A stretch of 64,000 bases of DNA from Anaerovoracaceae bacterium. GTDB lineage: Bacteria > Bacillota > Clostridia > Peptostreptococcales > Anaerovoracaceae. A model generated the notes under the pieces. The model was not told the origin of the DNA. It saw only the letters and a list, made by a program, of their open reading frames with translations, and did not search any database. Position numbers and translations under genes: made by a program. The DNA is taken from positions 1,716 to 65,715 of the forward strand of contig CAVIGM010000003.1 of NCBI GenBank assembly GCA_963642455.1. The letters run 5' to 3'. Position 1 is the stretch's first letter. Each line of letters opens with the position of its first letter. Of this stretch, positions 62,682 through 64,000 are shown piece by piece.

Positions 62682-62730
62682 CTGCGCTGAACGATTCTCG
62701 CATTCAGCCTTACAGTAGAATATGTGAAAA

Positions 62731-62761
62731 CCCGCCCTGGAAATGCCCGGGCGGGCTTTTT
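62731..62761. terminator. Bidirectional terminator between the lipoprotein and AlbA_2-like genes
   Basis: CCCGCCC..GGGCGGG is followed by CTTTTT on the plus strand. AAAA lies on the other side. Confidence 0.75.
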
Positions 62762-62775
62762 GTTATGATTTGAAT

Positions 62776-64000
62776 TTATGCCTTGTGATATTTGACTCCT
62801 CTACCAGTTCCTGAAATATACACTATCTTTTCTGATACGAGCTCGTTTAAGATATTGCGTATTTTACTTTTTCCAAATGGCAGTTCTGTAGCAAGTTCTC
62901 CCATAGATTTCCCCTCTTCCATGGATAGTGTTCCGAATACAATAGCCTTATCACCTTTTAAATTCGTGTTTGATTGAAGAAGTGGCAATGTGACTTTTAT
63001 TGAATTCTTATAGACATTGAATTCCGGCTTAATTATGCTACTTGCATATTCCTCCTTAATTCTACGCACCCCCGTCCCAAACGTCTCAACCAAGTGTAAT
63101 CGATAAAAAACATTGCTTATAATTGGGTTTCTTAATTTAGAATAATCTCCTGAAATATATTCTTCAGCAGTCATTCCTGCTGGCAGTCCGCCAGGTGATG
63201 AAATTTCAATACGATCATCAAACATGAGAATTCTGATTTGTTCAGGGACATCCCAGGTTCTATGAATAATTGCATTTGCAACGGCTTCTCTGAACGCCTT
63301 CTCTGGGATAGATTCTACTGTTTTGCGTAATGTTCCTTCTATAATTTCATATTTATAATTATCTCTAAATATTTCACAGACGCTGTCATATGCAGACAAC
63401 ACGGAAATATTTTCAAAGGTCTTTCTGCTTTTAACAATGCTTATCGAATCGCCAAATCTACATACGTCTATACCTGGAAACGAATTCTTATCTGCCAATA
63501 TCTCTGCAGCAATATTAAAGCCATCCTTGTCAGAATATAGATTAAGTGTTTTTAGCACATTGCTATCGCAAGCATCTATACCCGCTTCCTGTATGAGCTT
63601 ATGTTCAAGTATCTTGAAAGTAAGAGACTGTTGATTTGATTTGAGCTCCTCGAAATTCCGATTACTTCCGCTTAGTATCAATCTTGTAAGGTCAATTGTG
63701 TCCACTTCAATTGTTGCAGTGCCATTCCGTTTATACGCCTTTGATTTATACATATATGGCTTGTTTGATCCGTTTTCTATGATTAGCTTAATCGTTTCGT
63801 TTTCCTCCACGCTGATACGATAATCAGGCTGAGGACTAATTGAATCGTTGATTCTATTCTCTATATCAAGGCAAGCCTGTTCAGGATTATGAACACCTAT
63901 TACCTCACCATCATCCGATATGCCAAAAATGATAGTTCCACCATCATAATTAGAAAATGCGCTTACCGTCTTTAGAAAAGTGCTTGTTATTGTTTCTTTC
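62776..64000 (-). CDS. AlbA_2 (Schlafen-like divergent AAA) / HATPase_c_4 / wHTH putative regulator (5' end beyond the window)
   Basis: The frame stays open to the window edge (KETITSTFLKTVSAFSNYDGGTIIFGISDDGEVIGV is AlbA_2-like). The middle part (REAVANAIIHR...ISSPGGLP) is HATPase_c_4-like. The C-terminal part is a wHTH (GELATELPFGKSKIRNILNELV). The GTG at 63810 in the ORF track is internal. Confidence 0.6.
   Translation of the reverse strand, partial: KETITSTFLKTVSAFSNYDGGTIIFGISDDGEVIGVHNPEQACLDIENRINDSISPQPDYRISVEENETIKLIIENGSNKPYMYKSKAYKRNGTATIEVDTIDLTRLILSGSNRNFEELKSNQQSLTFKILEHKLIQEAGIDACDSNVLKTLNLYSDKDGFNIAAEILADKNSFPGIDVCRFGDSISIVKSRKTFENISVLSAYDSVCEIFRDNYKYEIIEGTLRKTVESIPEKAFREAVANAIIHRTWDVPEQIRILMFDDRIEISSPGGLPAGMTAEEYISGDYSKLRNPIISNVFYRLHLVETFGTGVRRIKEEYASSIIKPEFNVYKNSIKVTLPLLQSNTNLKGDKAIVFGTLSMEEGKSMGELATELPFGKSKIRNILNELVSEKIVYISGTGRGVKYHKA

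Noticed and set aside
1-64000. rRNA, tRNA, tmRNA or RNase P genes.
   Set aside because: All gaps over 100 bp were read on both strands. None shows tRNA cloverleaf hallmarks (a GTTCGAATC-type T-loop with an acceptor stem) or rRNA-like conserved stretches. This was not verified with tRNAscan or Infernal.

Overview
This 64-kb window looks like a low-GC Gram-positive anaerobe, probably Clostridia and Lachnospiraceae-like. That assignment is inferred from gene content and synteny only; no search was run. I support 51 protein-coding genes, about 80% on the minus strand, and found no rRNA, tRNA, CRISPR array or obvious mobile element.

Layout of the window:
- 1-26.4 kb is housekeeping: ychF, glyA, folC, valS, a small alarmone synthetase, rbgA-rnhB, rplS, nudF, a xerD-like gene, hpt, the tig-clpP-clpX-lon-engB block, murI and fba.
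- 26.6-34.3 kb holds transporters, a divergent two-component pair and an FGGY sugar kinase.
- 34.5-44.6 kb is the main accessory element. It is a nine-gene minus-strand operon for a complete 2-hydroxyacyl-CoA dehydratase reductive pathway: activase, dehydratase alpha and beta, family-III CoA-transferase, D-2-hydroxyacid dehydrogenase, acyl-CoA dehydrogenase, EtfB, EtfA and butyrate kinase.
- That operon is preceded by a near-consensus sigmaA promoter, two Rex-type operators (TTGTGAA-N4-TTCACAA) and a roughly 270-nt leader that contains a hairpin followed by eight U residues.
- 52.8-60.9 kb is a signalling cluster of two GGDEF proteins and two hybrid histidine kinases.

Other points of interest:
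- A single polypeptide fuses RNase HII, a hybrid-binding domain and RNase HI.
- The XerD-like recombinase has substituted catalytic residues.
- An orphan beta-class DNA methyltransferase sits behind four 19-bp direct repeats.
- Nearly every intergenic spacer carries its own short degenerate tandem repeats, often starting at a stop codon.

All calls come from reading the ORF translations and the DNA by eye. No database search, alignment or folding program was run.
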